Source of the DNA: Alphaproteobacteria bacterium
GTDB taxonomy: Bacteria; Pseudomonadota; Alphaproteobacteria; 16-39-46; JABJFC01
DNA: 64,000 bases
Direction: 5' to 3'
Assembly (NCBI GenBank): GCA_018662925.1
Contig: JABJFC010000063.1
Span: 3,826 to 67,825 of the forward strand
Shown: piece by piece, positions 62,325-64,000 of the stretch
How the letters are laid out: each line of letters opens with the position of its first letter
Numbering within the stretch: the stretch's first letter is position 1
Notes under the pieces: model-generated
The model's input: the letters and a program-made list of their open reading frames with translations, nothing else
What the model was told of the DNA's origin: nothing
Databases searched by the model: none
Made by a program: the position numbers and the translations under genes

Positions 62325-62819
62325 ATGTTTTTGGGTGCTAAGTTCATGAGTAAAGTTAAGCAGTTTGAAGATCTGATTGTCCCGATTTTAGAGGATTTAG
62401 GATACGAGCTTGTTCAGGTTCAAATGATCGGTGGTAAAACTTCTGTTTTACAGATCATGATTGATAGACAAGACCATGAGCCGGTGACTATTGCGGACTG
62501 CACTGCGGCAACTCGAATGGTCTTAGATCTCTTAGAAGTAGAAGACCCTATTGGGGGAAACTATCAGGTGGAAGTAACCTCGCCAGGTCTAGATCGTCCT
62601 CTTTTGAAAAAAGAGGATTATGAACGCTTTAAGGGATCAAAAGTTAAGATAATGCTGCATGAGCCAAGAGAGGGGCAAAAAACCTTTAAAGGACTTCTTC
62701 TTGGTATTAAAGATGGAGACGTATTTTTGGAATCCTCAGGCGAACAGATTAGTATTCCATACGACAGTATTAAACGTAGTCGTCTGAAGGTTGAGTTAGA
62801 TTCGATGGATAAACCGTAG
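62325..62819 (+). CDS. rimP: Ribosome maturation factor RimP
   Basis: ILEDLGYELVQVQ...VTSPGLDRPL matches RimP. The start may instead be M8 (62346). Followed by nusA. Confidence 0.85.
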   Translation: MFLGAKFMSKVKQFEDLIVPILEDLGYELVQVQMIGGKTSVLQIMIDRQDHEPVTIADCTAATRMVLDLLEVEDPIGGNYQVEVTSPGLDRPLLKKEDYERFKGSKVKIMLHEPREGQKTFKGLLLGIKDGDVFLESSGEQISIPYDSIKRSRLKVELDSMDKP

Positions 62820-62835
62820 AAAATAGGTGTGAATT

Positions 62836-64000
62836 ATGACAACAGGTATTTCGACTTCAAGCCAACGTCCTGAGCTTCTTCAGGTTGCTGATATTGTGGC
62901 TCGCGAGAAGGGAATTGAATTTGAGGAAGTATTGGAAGCTATGGAGCTTGCCATTCAAAAGGCTGGCCGTGCAAAATATGGTGCAGAGCTAGATATTCGG
63001 ACCAAAATTGATCCAAAAACGGGGGAGATCGCACTCTTTCGTTATCGGGAAGTGGTCGAAGAAATCGCGCACGAACAGACACAGCTCTTGTTAGAGGAAG
63101 CAAAAAAACTTGATCCTGAGATCGAGATGGGTGGATTTATAATTGAGACTCTTCCCCCTGTGGAGTTGGGACGTGTGTCGGCTCAGATGGCAAAACAGGT
63201 CATTGTTCAAAGAGTTCGTGAAGCTGAGCGGGAGCGTCAGTTTGCCGACTTTAAGGATCGCGTGGGTGAAATCGTTAGCGGTGTTGTTAAAAGGACAGAG
63301 TATGGCTCTGTAACAGTTGACTTGGGTAGAACGGAGTCAGTTCTTCGTCGTGATGAGTTATTACCTCGGGAGAGCTTTCGTCCAGGGGATAGGATTCGCG
63401 CCTATATCGTGGATGTTCGTAGGGAACAAAGGGGGCCACAGATCTTTCTTTCTCGAACTCATCCACAGTTTATGGCGAAACTTTTCGCTCAAGAAGTGCC
63501 AGAAATATATGATGGGTTAATCGAAATACGTGCCGTTGCAAGAGATCCTGGAAGCCGTGCAAAATTAGCAGTTTTTACAAAAGAAATGAGCATCGATCCA
63601 GTTGGCGCATGTGTCGGGATGCGGGGAAGTCGTGTTTTGGCTGTTGTAAATGAGTTGCAGGGTGAAAAAGTAGATATTATTCCTTGGTCAGAGGAGCCGG
63701 CAACATTTATTGTGAACGCTCTTGCTCCAGCAGAGATTTCAAAAGTGTTGATCGATGAGGAAACTCAAAATATGGAAGTTGTGGTTCCAGATGATCAATT
63801 GAGTCTTGCCATTGGACGACGTGGTCAAAACGTTCGTTTGGCAACCATATTGACTGGTTGGCATATCAACATCTTAACGGAAACAGAAGAAGCTGAGCGT
63901 AGACAAGAGGAACTTAAAGTAAAGTCACAGCTATTCACAGCTGCATTGGGTGTTGATGAAGTTTTGGCACATCTTTTAGTTGCAGAGGGTTTTGATACTC
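62836..64000 (+). CDS. nusA: Transcription termination/antitermination factor NusA (3' end outside window)
   Basis: ATG at 62836. The frame stays open to the window edge. It was not listed in the ORF track because it has no stop codon. S1 and KH regions are visible (GDRIRAYIVDV..., LAIGRRGQNVRLA). Confidence 0.9.
   Translation, partial: MTTGISTSSQRPELLQVADIVAREKGIEFEEVLEAMELAIQKAGRAKYGAELDIRTKIDPKTGEIALFRYREVVEEIAHEQTQLLLEEAKKLDPEIEMGGFIIETLPPVELGRVSAQMAKQVIVQRVREAERERQFADFKDRVGEIVSGVVKRTEYGSVTVDLGRTESVLRRDELLPRESFRPGDRIRAYIVDVRREQRGPQIFLSRTHPQFMAKLFAQEVPEIYDGLIEIRAVARDPGSRAKLAVFTKEMSIDPVGACVGMRGSRVLAVVNELQGEKVDIIPWSEEPATFIVNALAPAEISKVLIDEETQNMEVVVPDDQLSLAIGRRGQNVRLATILTGWHINILTETEEAERRQEELKVKSQLFTAALGVDEVLAHLLVAEGFDT

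Overview
This 64 kb window is a densely coded, mostly housekeeping chromosomal segment of an alphaproteobacterium with moderate GC content.

The lineage call rests on a textbook CtrA response regulator with its ChpT phosphotransferase nearby, the mdh-sucCDAB arrangement, a CTTG-N17-CYTATNT (alpha-type RpoH) promoter ahead of dnaKJ, and a short (~100 nt) SRP RNA ahead of dnaX-ybaB-recR.

Core content read from the ORF track and the sequence:
- Metabolism: a transketolase C-terminal fragment, gap, the TCA block (mdh, sucC, sucD, sucA, sucB), NADP-malic enzyme, glmM, ispB and kdsB.
- Phosphate uptake: pstSCAB-phoU.
- DNA and cell maintenance: mutS, recD2, dnaX-ybaB-recR, nth, ogt, xseA, yfgM-bamB-der, cpoB-tilS-ftsH, dnaK-dnaJ, rlmE, msrA, a 2-Cys peroxiredoxin and rimP-nusA.
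- RNA genes: one tRNA-Gln(UUG) and an unannotated SRP RNA.

No CRISPR array, transposase, integrase or phage block is visible.

The non-routine content is small-scale:
1. Three type II toxin-antitoxin modules sit among the housekeeping genes: two YefM-YoeB pairs and one RHH-Doc pair. Each has its own repeat-type candidate operator. The two YefM operators share an identical 12-bp centre-to-centre geometry but have different hexamer cores (TGTACA vs CGTACG).
2. A perfect CtrA box (TTAA-N7-TTAAC) lies in the divergent promoter region of a tandem pair of STAS/SpoIIAA-like paralogs. A one-mismatch box lies upstream of ctrA itself.
3. A choline-kinase/APH-family phosphotransferase gene is wedged between chpT and ctrA.
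4. A run of hairpins closed by an intrinsic terminator, possibly a 3'-UTR small RNA, lies downstream of an ArnT/PMT-family glycosyltransferase next to tRNA-Gln.
5. Two orphan secreted proteins (571 aa and 130 aa) have no recognisable domains.
6. A 14-bp perfect palindrome lies upstream of the peroxiredoxin gene.

I do not see a large novel multi-gene system here. The candidates above are the parts worth a second look.
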